Positions 10,064-19,750 of a DNA stretch of 64,000 bases are shown here, piece after piece. Both the position numbers and the translations under genes were made by a program. How positions within the stretch are numbered: the first letter of the stretch is position 1; every line of letters starts with the position of its first letter. The notes below the pieces were generated by a model, which was not told the DNA's origin, did not search any database, and saw only the letters and a list, made by a program, of their open reading frames with translations. Origin of the DNA: a virus; the IMG/VR virus record IMGVR_UViG_3300031787_000011; one strand, 5' to 3'.

Positions 10064-11395
10064 TTATAGCCCAAATCTAGATTTTGCTGTTTTGTAATTT
10101 TCTAAGATTTCCGATGGGCTCAGTACATTACTATATAAATTAAAATTTGCGACATTACAATTTGATCCGTACAGCGTGTTTTGAGCGCCTAAATAAAGAT
10201 TACCAACTAAATTTCCAGAAGGAATATCTGTTGAACTATTCCTTGCTATTCCATTTATATAAATTATTGCTAAAGGGCTGATTGTGCTTACGCTTACTGT
10301 TATATGGCACCATTGCCCAAATCCAATATTAACATTAGAATAAATAGTTGTAGTAGTCCCAGGAGCGCTTATTGGATTATAGTGAAATCCTACATTACTA
10401 GGATAATATACTGTATAAGTTCCAAAAGCGTCTGAACCAAAGATTCTATCGCCAACTGCGACATTAGATATCCATTTGCAAAAAAAAGAAAAAGTATATT
10501 CTGAAAGAGATATAGGTGATGTTATTATTGCATAATTTGTACCGCTAAAAGTTATGACCCCACCGTTAGTATTAGTAAATGTAGGACCATTCACTAAAGT
10601 TGCATTTTTTTGATTTCCAGTAATATCTTTGAGTTGAATAGGAGATCTATTTACTAATTCATAAATACTTGGCTCTGTTCCGTCTACTAAATCAATTCGC
10701 GGGTCATACCATTGTAATCTGCTAGTATTATCGCCACAATAATAATGAAAAACTCTTTGGAAAAGATATGTGCTTGTAGGCGCAAATTTAAAATCTCCGC
10801 CGCCGGTATTTCCTCCTATATCTGCAACTTTTTCTACACTACCTACGTTGTAAAGTCCACTATCTGGATGCCTTCCTGTGAAAGTCGTATCGAAAGGATA
10901 CAAATGCCCAACAATTAAATACCAAACATTTTGAGTAAAATTTGCAATATTATTATAATACCAATATGGATTTGACTCATCGACACTATCAGTTGTCCTT
11001 TTTATATATTGTCCAGCATCCCAAGATGTACATCCTAAATAAGCAGTGCCGCCTGTTGTGCTTGATGTTCTTCTCGCCCAAACGCTAAATCTATACATTT
11101 TTGATTTATCTATAGAATAATCAGCATATGTAACCCAACCGCCATCCGCTTCTCCATCGCCAGAAGGAAAACTACCCCAAATAATACTTGTTTCGCCCCA
11201 AGGATTCGTGCCAGAAAATCTTTGATTTTCAGTCGCAGCACTTTGATTCGGAGTATATCCAGCTACCCCTCCAGTTCCCGTTGTCCACGTAGACATATTT
11301 ATTAAAGAATATTTTAAAAAGCTATTCCTGTCTGCTGCGTCTAGGCTAACTAATAAAGAATCTTTTGTTATATTTGGTCCTAATGATGCTGCCAT
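10064..11395 (-). CDS. LamG/concanavalin-A-like domain virion protein
   Basis: LxxSLDAAD N-terminus, W.H...IYING motif, EILENYKTAKSRFGL C-terminus. Confidence 0.8.
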   Translation of the reverse strand: MAASLGPNITKDSLLVSLDAADRNSFLKYSLINMSTWTTGTGGVAGYTPNQSAATENQRFSGTNPWGETSIIWGSFPSGDGEADGGWVTYADYSIDKSKMYRFSVWARRTSSTTGGTAYLGCTSWDAGQYIKRTTDSVDESNPYWYYNNIANFTQNVWYLIVGHLYPFDTTFTGRHPDSGLYNVGSVEKVADIGGNTGGGDFKFAPTSTYLFQRVFHYYCGDNTSRLQWYDPRIDLVDGTEPSIYELVNRSPIQLKDITGNQKNATLVNGPTFTNTNGGVITFSGTNYAIITSPISLSEYTFSFFCKWISNVAVGDRIFGSDAFGTYTVYYPSNVGFHYNPISAPGTTTTIYSNVNIGFGQWCHITVSVSTISPLAIIYINGIARNSSTDIPSGNLVGNLYLGAQNTLYGSNCNVANFNLYSNVLSPSEILENYKTAKSRFGL

Positions 11396-11401
11396 AAATT
11401 T

Positions 11402-12112
11402 TTATAATCCAAATCTACTTTTAGTTGCGTTGTAATTTTGTAATATTTCTTGTGCCGAAAGCGTTCGGTTATATTGTTTAATAGTTGATAAATTAATATT
11501 GGCGTCAGGTCCTCCTAAATCTCCACCTATATAATAGAGATATCCAGAACCTGGATCTACAGAACCTCCTGAAGTTATAGAAACGGCGGCACCTTGTTGT
11601 ATACCATTTTTATAAAAAGTTATATTATTTGCACTTCTATTAACGACAGCGCTAACATTCATCCAAGTTAGTACATCAGTAAATGTCGCAACAGTTGAAT
11701 AATAAATGTTTTGATCAATATCAGTGGTAGTATTTAAAAAAAAGGCTACAGTCCCAGCCGTAGTGTAATTTAATAAAAATAAGAATCCATGTAAATTAGC
11801 ACCTCTCGCCTCTACTATTCCATTATATCCATTATCTTTTTGGTATACCCATGCATCTATCGTAAAGCTACTTAATCCTGGATTTAAACTAGCTGGATTA
11901 CTTACACTAATATAGTCATCTGTGCCATCAAAAACAATAGTTCCGCCATTTATATTGCTAAATGTGGGTCCATTGGTTAATGTTCCAATGTAACCAGTTC
12001 CGCTTAAATCTTTCCAAGTGGTACCTGTGCCAGAATAACTATTTTTATCAGCAGCATCTAAACACAATACCAATCCACTTCTAACTATTTTTGGGCCTCT
12101 TATTATTGCCAT
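11402..12112 (-). CDS. LamG-like domain virion protein
   Basis: GLVLCLDAAD...WKDLSG...FDGTDDY...EILQNYNATKSRFGL; start taken at MAIIRG. Confidence 0.8.
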   Translation of the reverse strand: MAIIRGPKIVRSGLVLCLDAADKNSYSGTGTTWKDLSGTGYIGTLTNGPTFSNINGGTIVFDGTDDYISVSNPASLNPGLSSFTIDAWVYQKDNGYNGIVEARGANLHGFLFLLNYTTAGTVAFFLNTTTDIDQNIYYSTVATFTDVLTWMNVSAVVNRSANNITFYKNGIQQGAAVSITSGGSVDPGSGYLYYIGGDLGGPDANINLSTIKQYNRTLSAQEILQNYNATKSRFGL

Positions 12113-12116
12113 AATT

Positions 12117-13289
12117 TTATAATCCAAATCTTGATTTTGTTGCGTTGTAATTTTGTAATACTTCCGCTGCTGTTAATGCTCTATTATAAATTCTAGCGTA
12201 GCCCATAGTCATATTTACATATAAATTAGAATACGCTAATCTTCCAATAAGCAACGGATTACTATTCGCGCTAGGCGTAGTAGGATACCCAGCACTATTG
12301 ATTTGATTGCCATTAACATAGTTTATTTGAGTTCCATATATTCCAGTTGATACTATATGATACCAAATCCCATTAGTAAAACTAGTATTGAATCCTAGCC
12401 CAGCATTATCTCCGACATATCTAAATAATAAATTTGTAGTTGATGCTGTATATGAATCTACTCTTATTTCATATCCGTCAGCGTTACTCAATGTTTTGCT
12501 TATGACTCCTCCGTATAGCTGTGTCTGAGTACCTAATTTTATAAAACACTCTAATGTTAAATTAGTCAAATTTGCTAAAACATTCCCGCAATTAATATGA
12601 TTGCTATTCGCTGGATTAAATGTTATGCTCCCTTTGCTTTCGCCGACAAATAGCGGGCCATTAGTTAGTGTTCCTGTATTATTATTACCACTTAAATCTT
12701 TCCAAATCGTATTTCCATAATAATATGGATTAAATTGTGTTGCGCTTGATGCTCTTTCTATTTGCAATCCATCCCACCAAATAGTTATACCAGAACCACC
12801 AGTATGTGTTCCATCTAATCTAAATTGAATATATCTAGTATTTGCATTTGTAAATGTATAACTGAAACTAAATCTTTGCCAGCTAGTCGTTATAGACATA
12901 TTTCCAGAACTATAATCATTTATAGTAAAAACCGCTCCATTGGTATCTGCGCCAAAAATAAATAATTGACCATCTGTGGCTACGCTCGCTTTTGCCCAAA
13001 CACTAATTGTCCAAGTTTGACCACTTAAAGCAGAAGCTAAATTAGCAGCAGAAGAACCATATTTTCCAGCATAAGCATCGTTGCCTGTTATTACCATTTT
13101 CATTGGCGTGGAACGATACTGTCTTATTATTGTAGTGTCTCTAGAAAGCGTGCAAGATTGTATTTCGCTTCCTATATTAGCAAATACGTCAGTAGGATTA
13201 GGTATAACATTCGGACTATAACTATTCATGTCCGCCGCATCCAATGCCAACACCAATCCATTCGTTGCTATTTTGGGGCCGTATTGCAT
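12117..13289 (-). CDS. LamG-like plus carbohydrate-binding-like domain virion protein
   Basis: Same N- and C-terminal motifs; inserted WQRFSFSYT/WWDGLQIE module. Confidence 0.78.
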   Translation of the reverse strand: MQYGPKIATNGLVLALDAADMNSYSPNVIPNPTDVFANIGSEIQSCTLSRDTTIIRQYRSTPMKMVITGNDAYAGKYGSSAANLASALSGQTWTISVWAKASVATDGQLFIFGADTNGAVFTINDYSSGNMSITTSWQRFSFSYTFTNANTRYIQFRLDGTHTGGSGITIWWDGLQIERASSATQFNPYYYGNTIWKDLSGNNNTGTLTNGPLFVGESKGSITFNPANSNHINCGNVLANLTNLTLECFIKLGTQTQLYGGVISKTLSNADGYEIRVDSYTASTTNLLFRYVGDNAGLGFNTSFTNGIWYHIVSTGIYGTQINYVNGNQINSAGYPTTPSANSNPLLIGRLAYSNLYVNMTMGYARIYNRALTAAEVLQNYNATKSRFGL

Positions 13290-13306
13290 GTATTATTGTT
13301 TACACT

Positions 13307-15382
13307 TTATAAACCGAATCGGCCTTTTGTAGCATTGTAATTTTGAAGAATTTCAGCAGCTGATAAAGCTCTATTGTAAACCAAAATACTTGCGATATCT
13401 AAATCTGTAAAATAACTTGTTCCCGCTCTAGATCCAATAAATAAATAATCATCTCCAAAATTATTAGTATTATTTGAAGCTAAACTAGGAAGAGGATTTG
13501 TTATAACAGTAGCTGCAACTCCTTGATTATATAAAGAAGCTTCTGCTGTAGTTTGACTTTTATCAAAAACAGCAGTGCTTATTTCCCAATTTAAATCATT
13601 ATAATTACTTTTATTCCAAACTCCTAAGTTATATCCATTGTTTCCTTTTACTCCTGCAAATACGTCATAATTTTGAGATGCAGAATTATCATTATATGTC
13701 CATACAAATCCATATTGAAAAGAATTAAAATCAGTAGATAATTCACATATAAATTTAGTATTTCCTGAAACTGGATACGATCTAGCTTTAAATATAACTA
13801 AAACAGTAACAGCATTATAAGCCGAAAGATTTAAGGTAGATGTAGTCTTAATATAATTATTTGTACCATTAAGAGAAAAATAACCATTAGAATTCCAAGT
13901 TGGAGAATTATAAAGCGTTGCATGATTACTATTACCACTAACATCATACCAAGTTGTACCTGCTCCAGCATAACTATATGGATTACCAGCATCAAGATTT
14001 AATACAAGACCTTGTTGTACTATTGTATTTGCAAATTTTGACTTTTGAGCTTCGTAATTTTGAGCAATTTCTACCGCGCTTAATGCTCTGCTATATATTA
14101 AGGTAGATCCTACATTAATTGGAGCATATCTTCCAGAAACGATATCGTCTCTAGCAATTATTAAGTCTCCGATTGTAGATCCAGAGTATGATATTGCAGA
14201 AGTATTTGCTGTTGTATTCGCAAGCACTCCATCTTTATAAACTTTTACATTTGAGCCATCAAAAGTACCCACTAGATTAGTCCAAGTATTTAATGGCATT
14301 GTAGTAGTAGCATCTATAACAGCGGCCGCAGCATTTCTAATTCTAAACCAAACAGTATCTGTATTATATGTCGCCATCAATGCGTATGCATCTCTGTCAT
14401 TTCTTCTTAAAAAATTGCATATACTTGATTGATAAGCGTTTCTTTTAAGCCACATTGAAACAGTAACTTTTGCAGGATTTAATATAACATTATCCGCCAC
14501 CACTAAATAATCAGAGGAGCCATCAAATCTAAGCGCTCCTTTATTATAATAATCTGCCGCAGGCATATCTGCTGTAGTACCATTACCAAGTAGCCCATGA
14601 TTATTATTTCCACTCAAATCAATTATACTTCTATCTGTATTAAGAATTCCCCATTTTTGGCCGAGATATGTATGGACTAATTTTCTTTCTGTAACTGATA
14701 ATAATCTATTAAAAACAATAATTTCAGCAACTTCACAATTGCTTAATTCAGCGCCATAAATATTTACTCCTAAATACCAAGGACCAGCATCTGCGCCTGT
14801 ACTATTCGTTGCTAATGCAGTTCCTGTTGCATAAAAATTTGCTGAATCATTTGATGGTCCACCCCAATCTCCTAAATATAATTTCCAATTAGTATCAGCA
14901 GCAGAATAAGTTTGATATACCCATCCATTTCCATAATATTTATTCGTTTCACTTGCCCAATGTCCTAAAAGCCAATTATTATAACTGCTATTTGAAGTTA
15001 AAATTCTTCCTGTTCCAGAAGATGCATTTGTATATCTATCAACTACAAAAATACTATACGCGCTATTTCTTAAATCTATTGTAGAATTTTGTATATTTTG
15101 AGCGGTAGTAAATGCTACTACTTTTCTAGAATTTTGAGAAGTACTACGTGTTGGTCCAGAAGATGGTGGCGTCATATGATAATTAAATCCACTTTTATCT
15201 CTCCATTGACTTACAGTAGTTCCTGAGCTATAACTAAATGTTGTATCATCCGCAGCATCTAGCCATAAAATCAATCCACCTTTCACAGGCAAATCTATGG
15301 CTGGATAAGATTTATTATGGGAAGGATCTAAAGATAAGACCAGATTTTCTGTTGTTATTTTTGGATTATAATGTTGAGCCAT
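13307..15382 (-). CDS. Multi-LamG-like domain virion protein
   Basis: Three LamG-type modules; ends EILQNYNATKGRFGL. Confidence 0.8.
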   Translation of the reverse strand: MAQHYNPKITTENLVLSLDPSHNKSYPAIDLPVKGGLILWLDAADDTTFSYSSGTTVSQWRDKSGFNYHMTPPSSGPTRSTSQNSRKVVAFTTAQNIQNSTIDLRNSAYSIFVVDRYTNASSGTGRILTSNSSYNNWLLGHWASETNKYYGNGWVYQTYSAADTNWKLYLGDWGGPSNDSANFYATGTALATNSTGADAGPWYLGVNIYGAELSNCEVAEIIVFNRLLSVTERKLVHTYLGQKWGILNTDRSIIDLSGNNNHGLLGNGTTADMPAADYYNKGALRFDGSSDYLVVADNVILNPAKVTVSMWLKRNAYQSSICNFLRRNDRDAYALMATYNTDTVWFRIRNAAAAVIDATTTMPLNTWTNLVGTFDGSNVKVYKDGVLANTTANTSAISYSGSTIGDLIIARDDIVSGRYAPINVGSTLIYSRALSAVEIAQNYEAQKSKFANTIVQQGLVLNLDAGNPYSYAGAGTTWYDVSGNSNHATLYNSPTWNSNGYFSLNGTNNYIKTTSTLNLSAYNAVTVLVIFKARSYPVSGNTKFICELSTDFNSFQYGFVWTYNDNSASQNYDVFAGVKGNNGYNLGVWNKSNYNDLNWEISTAVFDKSQTTAEASLYNQGVAATVITNPLPSLASNNTNNFGDDYLFIGSRAGTSYFTDLDIASILVYNRALSAAEILQNYNATKGRFGL

Positions 15383-15385
15383 ATA

Positions 15386-17521
15386 TTATTTTCCGAATCT
15401 AAATTTTGTTGCGTCGTAATTTTGAAGAACTTCTTCAGCCGATAATACTCTATTATACAATTTTACTTGACTAATACTTGCAGCTATAGTATAATTATTA
15501 TCTCCGTGAAATCTTCCTATCCAAAAATTATTTGAAGTCGTTGATGTAGTATTTCTATAAGCCGCAGTTCCGATTAATATACCGTCAATATACAATTTGG
15601 CATTTGTGGATGAATCATTAGTTACGACGATATAATGCCATTTGGCATCTGGATATGAACTGTTTGTGAATGGGTTGCTTTCACTATCACCGGTGTTCCA
15701 GTTTATATAATTTCCAGAAAAATAAAGATTTGGTCCAGATCCATAATTATCGCTGTCAATTGAAATTGGAATTTTTACAGCATAATTTGATGATCGTATC
15801 CAAATTGCAATGGTTGATGATGCGGGAATATTTGTTACGGATGAAACAGAATAATCATCTACACCGTCAAAACTTATACATTTTGGTTCGGTTGATATAA
15901 AAGAAGGACCATTAGTTAATGTACTATTATAACTATTTCCACTTAAGTCTCTCCACGAAGTCCCACTTCCGGAATAACTACTATAAACATCAGCATCTAC
16001 ATAAAATTGTAAACCATTAGTTACAATATTCGGTAAACTAGCAAATTCCGATTTACTTTGTTCATAATTTTGTAAAATTTCTGAAGCAGTTAACGCTTTA
16101 CCATATATTTTACAACCGGCAACATAACCATCTAACATCCTCCCATATGTAGAAGCTCCTTCAGCGCCTATTCCTAAATAGTTTGTTATATTGATAGTTC
16201 CTATGGTGAAAGTAGTTGATGAAGTTTTATCTAATACGCCATTCAAGTACCATCTTATATATGCCCCATCGAACGTCCAAACCACATGGTTCCATGCGTG
16301 TCTTGTTACCGATGTTGTGCTTGGCTGATGACCCACAGTAGAACCAGCGGAGCCATACATAAATGCATTAAATTTTCCATTGCCATCTAACGACAAATAA
16401 AAATTGCTATTAGCAATCATTATAGCCCCTAAATCAGTATTTGTTCCAGCAAAACTAAAACTATTTGGTTTAACCCATGCTTCTAATGTAATTGAAGTTG
16501 TTATAACTGAACTCATCCACGAAATAGAATCAGCAAAATAAAAATTGCTTTGTAATGGAGAACCTGTTGCATTTGCGGGATTTAATCTATAAGACTTGTC
16601 AATAACAGGTATATTATTATTTTGACATGTCGCTACTTTGCCAAAAACTAAATCTCTATTTGTTAATGTAGTTTGTAATAATGGTATTCTCCATTTATTA
16701 GCTAAATAATTATGAACTTGGGATCTTTCTATGGCGGATAATTGTCTACTATAAATAATTAATTCTCCGATATCTCCATAGTATGGCTGATTGGCTGATG
16801 TATTGACGGCCCCCATAAACAAATTAAAACCAGCCCCTCCTATTGTTATTGTTTGAGTCCCGGAAGAGTATAAATCAGGTCGTTGTCTTCCATTCGCATA
16901 AATTATATTTGTGCCGCTTCCCGCATTGGTATGAGAAAATGTAATTAAAGTTGGAGACCCTTGCAAAAAGTCAGAATTAGTATTTGGACTTGTTAATGGA
17001 AGAACTGTAACATTTCCACCACCCCCATTCCAATATACCCATAATGTTCTTGCGTAATTTGATCCATCTGGATCATTTACATCGAAATGAAGATTATTTG
17101 TGTTTGTGCCATTATTTATACTGAATGGATATTGATAAGTTGTGCTATTTACATCCCCCCGCATCACTAAAAATATTGTAAATTCGGTATATGATGTTGT
17201 AAATGGGCCGTAGATATAGTCATTCGCGCTAAATCTCATGGTATTTCTACCATTCAACCCACCAAGAACTGATAATGGTTCATTTGCAAGCGTTAGCCCA
17301 CCGCCAGTTAATACTAAATTACTATTTGATTTATCTCCCCAATATCTTACATTTCTAGTACTAGTTTCGGTTGTGATTGTAGATAGATCATCTGCGTCAA
17401 ACCAAGTAATGCAACCATTAATTTGTTTTGGTGTTTTGATAAAACCTGCGCTAACTGATGGATCTAGAGCAAAAGCAAGAGCAGATGTTACTGTACTTGG
17501 TCCTGAATTGATTGTACTCAT
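15386..17521 (-). CDS. Multi-LamG-like domain virion protein
   Basis: Three LamG-type modules; ends EVLQNYDATKFRFGK. Confidence 0.8.
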   Translation of the reverse strand: MSTINSGPSTVTSALAFALDPSVSAGFIKTPKQINGCITWFDADDLSTITTETSTRNVRYWGDKSNSNLVLTGGGLTLANEPLSVLGGLNGRNTMRFSANDYIYGPFTTSYTEFTIFLVMRGDVNSTTYQYPFSINNGTNTNNLHFDVNDPDGSNYARTLWVYWNGGGGNVTVLPLTSPNTNSDFLQGSPTLITFSHTNAGSGTNIIYANGRQRPDLYSSGTQTITIGGAGFNLFMGAVNTSANQPYYGDIGELIIYSRQLSAIERSQVHNYLANKWRIPLLQTTLTNRDLVFGKVATCQNNNIPVIDKSYRLNPANATGSPLQSNFYFADSISWMSSVITTSITLEAWVKPNSFSFAGTNTDLGAIMIANSNFYLSLDGNGKFNAFMYGSAGSTVGHQPSTTSVTRHAWNHVVWTFDGAYIRWYLNGVLDKTSSTTFTIGTINITNYLGIGAEGASTYGRMLDGYVAGCKIYGKALTASEILQNYEQSKSEFASLPNIVTNGLQFYVDADVYSSYSGSGTSWRDLSGNSYNSTLTNGPSFISTEPKCISFDGVDDYSVSSVTNIPASSTIAIWIRSSNYAVKIPISIDSDNYGSGPNLYFSGNYINWNTGDSESNPFTNSSYPDAKWHYIVVTNDSSTNAKLYIDGILIGTAAYRNTTSTTSNNFWIGRFHGDNNYTIAASISQVKLYNRVLSAEEVLQNYDATKFRFGK

Positions 17522-17524
17522 ATT

Positions 17525-18766
17525 TTATATTCCATAAGTTTTACGAGTTGCATTGAAATTTTGTAATACTTCTGCGGCAGTTAATGCGCGATTATAAGCT
17601 CTTGCAGTTGATACAATTGAATTACTTGCATAATCTGTACTTGCCGCTCCAATATAATATGGAACTGTCGATGAGTATTGTCTTAATTGTTTAGTTAATG
17701 TCGCGCTGTCTCTTAATACGCCATTTACATATAAATATCTCATAGCATTTTCAACATCATTCACAAAAACACCATGATACCAAGTGTTTAAACTCAATGT
17801 TACGCCAAGACCTGAATTTGTTACATCATTATACCATGTAATTGCATAAATAACATTTGGAGATCCTTTATCATGATTAAATCCACTATGATATCCTTGT
17901 CTTCCAAAAAAATATCCATTATATAATCCCGGCGGAGTTCCTAATAATTTAAACCAACATTCATATGTATGACTATTGTTACTTAAATTATCTAATATAG
18001 AATTGGCAACTGGAGTTGTTATTGCACCTTGAGAATTTGCATTAAAATAATATCCTCCACTATCAAAAGCTATAGCAGAACTGGTAAGATCAATATTATA
18101 ATTATTTCCACTTAAATCTATTAATCCGCCTCCACCAGCAATAGTATTTGCAGATCTAGAGCCTAAAACTAAAGGAGTAGAATATGCTTTCTGTTCTATT
18201 TGATATCCAAAATATGCAAGTTTTTCGCCGACATTATCGCCAGTATAACTACTCATATATACTCCAGTTTCATTTGATGGAGTAGTAAATGTTATTGATA
18301 GTCTAATCCAAGTTCTTCTTGGCCAATTTAAATAATTTGTATCACCATTATACGCAAAATTACCTAATGAATTATTATTTACGTTTGTCCTTAAATATGG
18401 TTGGGACTGCATCGATGTTCCATCAAACCAATAATAAATGGACATCGCATATTGAGTGCTTGGAGAAATCGGAATAATAGAAGAGCCCAACTGTTGATTG
18501 CCAGTGGCAGTCACAGTTGAGCTAAAGATTCGTAAATTAGTAGTATCTACATTTAAAATGACAGGCTTTGATATAGAGGTATCATTATCATTGAAAATAG
18601 TAGAACCTGAATTTACCCACCAATTACCATTGGAGTTTAAGTAATTATTGGTAGAATAAGCGATATTTGTAGTGGCCTGACCTCGAAAACTTTTAGCATA
18701 TTCACGATTATAATATAACTGTAAATCTTTTTTTACTATTCCTCTATTGGCATGCTGTACGGCCAT
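17525..18766 (-). CDS. LamG-like domain virion protein
   Basis: WYHGVFV...YLYVNG...EVLQNFNATRKTYGI. Confidence 0.78.
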   Translation of the reverse strand: MAVQHANRGIVKKDLQLYYNREYAKSFRGQATTNIAYSTNNYLNSNGNWWVNSGSTIFNDNDTSISKPVILNVDTTNLRIFSSTVTATGNQQLGSSIIPISPSTQYAMSIYYWFDGTSMQSQPYLRTNVNNNSLGNFAYNGDTNYLNWPRRTWIRLSITFTTPSNETGVYMSSYTGDNVGEKLAYFGYQIEQKAYSTPLVLGSRSANTIAGGGGLIDLSGNNYNIDLTSSAIAFDSGGYYFNANSQGAITTPVANSILDNLSNNSHTYECWFKLLGTPPGLYNGYFFGRQGYHSGFNHDKGSPNVIYAITWYNDVTNSGLGVTLSLNTWYHGVFVNDVENAMRYLYVNGVLRDSATLTKQLRQYSSTVPYYIGAASTDYASNSIVSTARAYNRALTAAEVLQNFNATRKTYGI

Positions 18767-18788
18767 ACATACTGTTACACCTTAAAAC

Positions 18789-19001
18789 TTAAGGCTTAAT
18801 AATATGCGACTCAAAAGATTCGCTCTTAGGAGCCTCTTCTGGCACTGGCAAAGCGGCTCTCAATTTTGGCTCAATCTTTCGAGTAAGAACTAGGCCAGCT
18901 TCAGCAGCCGCAAGACCTCTTGCTCGAACTGCGATGTCGATAATCTCTAGGAGAACCTGGGCTTCGTTAATTGTGTAATCTACTGAAATTGTTTTTTCCA
19001 T
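18789..19001 (-). CDS. Small hypothetical protein (possible fibre-associated chaperone)
   Basis: 70-aa helical ORF with TATATAAT upstream. Confidence 0.55.
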   Translation of the reverse strand: MEKTISVDYTINEAQVLLEIIDIAVRARGLAAAEAGLVLTRKIEPKLRAALPVPEEAPKSESFESHIIKP

Positions 19002-19040
19002 ACTTTTAATATTATATAAAGTTAAAACTAAAAATAAAAA

Positions 19041-19742
19041 TTATTTTTGGACATAATCTCTATAACTTTCTTTGAGCTTTTCTTTATAATCTGAGTATTG
19101 CCTTTCTATATCTGAATAACTTTCTTTTTGGACGCATAATAAATCTTTAGCCGCAAAACAATGATTGTTCTCTTGGAAGTTTCTTGCTAAATACCAATCA
19201 ATAGCCTCGTATTCTTTTATAAAATTTATTACATCTAATTCTTTTTCTAGATTTAAATCATTAAGAATTTTATTTATAGCATTTTTAGAATAAGCTATAG
19301 CATGAGTGCAAAAACAAGTTTTTGCCTTTATTAAATTTTGAGAATATTTTTCTACAGGCGCATAATCATATCCTTTAACAAAAAAAGCCCCAAAATAAAA
19401 AAGATCCCAATTCGCAGGCAACTCTGATGTACTTTTATTTATTTTATTATTTAAAGATTCTCCAAAATCTAAAAATAAAAAATCATCTTCTAAAACAAGA
19501 ACATTAGAGTAGTTATTTTTTTGGGCTTCTTTTAAAATATAATAATGAGATAAAGCACAGCCAATTTGAGCGTTTTGTCGGTGAGATAATTTAGGATGAG
19601 CGCAAAGTATTCCTTCTCTTTTATTTATTTTATCCGCTATGCCTAAAAGAGAAAATTGAGAAAGACAACTTTCCCATCTATCTGTCCGATGCTTTAAATT
19701 TATACAATAAATTTGTTCAAAAAAATCAAAAGCATTATTCAT
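19041..19742 (-). CDS. Glycosyltransferase family 25
   Basis: IYCINLKHRTDRW, GCALSH, LVLEDD, WDLFYFG, THAIAYS and AID motifs characteristic of GT25. Confidence 0.9.
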   Translation of the reverse strand: MNNAFDFFEQIYCINLKHRTDRWESCLSQFSLLGIADKINKREGILCAHPKLSHRQNAQIGCALSHYYILKEAQKNNYSNVLVLEDDFLFLDFGESLNNKINKSTSELPANWDLFYFGAFFVKGYDYAPVEKYSQNLIKAKTCFCTHAIAYSKNAINKILNDLNLEKELDVINFIKEYEAIDWYLARNFQENNHCFAAKDLLCVQKESYSDIERQYSDYKEKLKESYRDYVQK

Positions 19743-19750
19743 ATATATTG

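Noticed and set aside
10064-18766. Diversity-generating retroelement acting on the LamG C-termini
   Set aside because: No reverse transcriptase in the window and no template/variable repeat pair differing only at adenines was seen; one could still exist elsewhere in the genome
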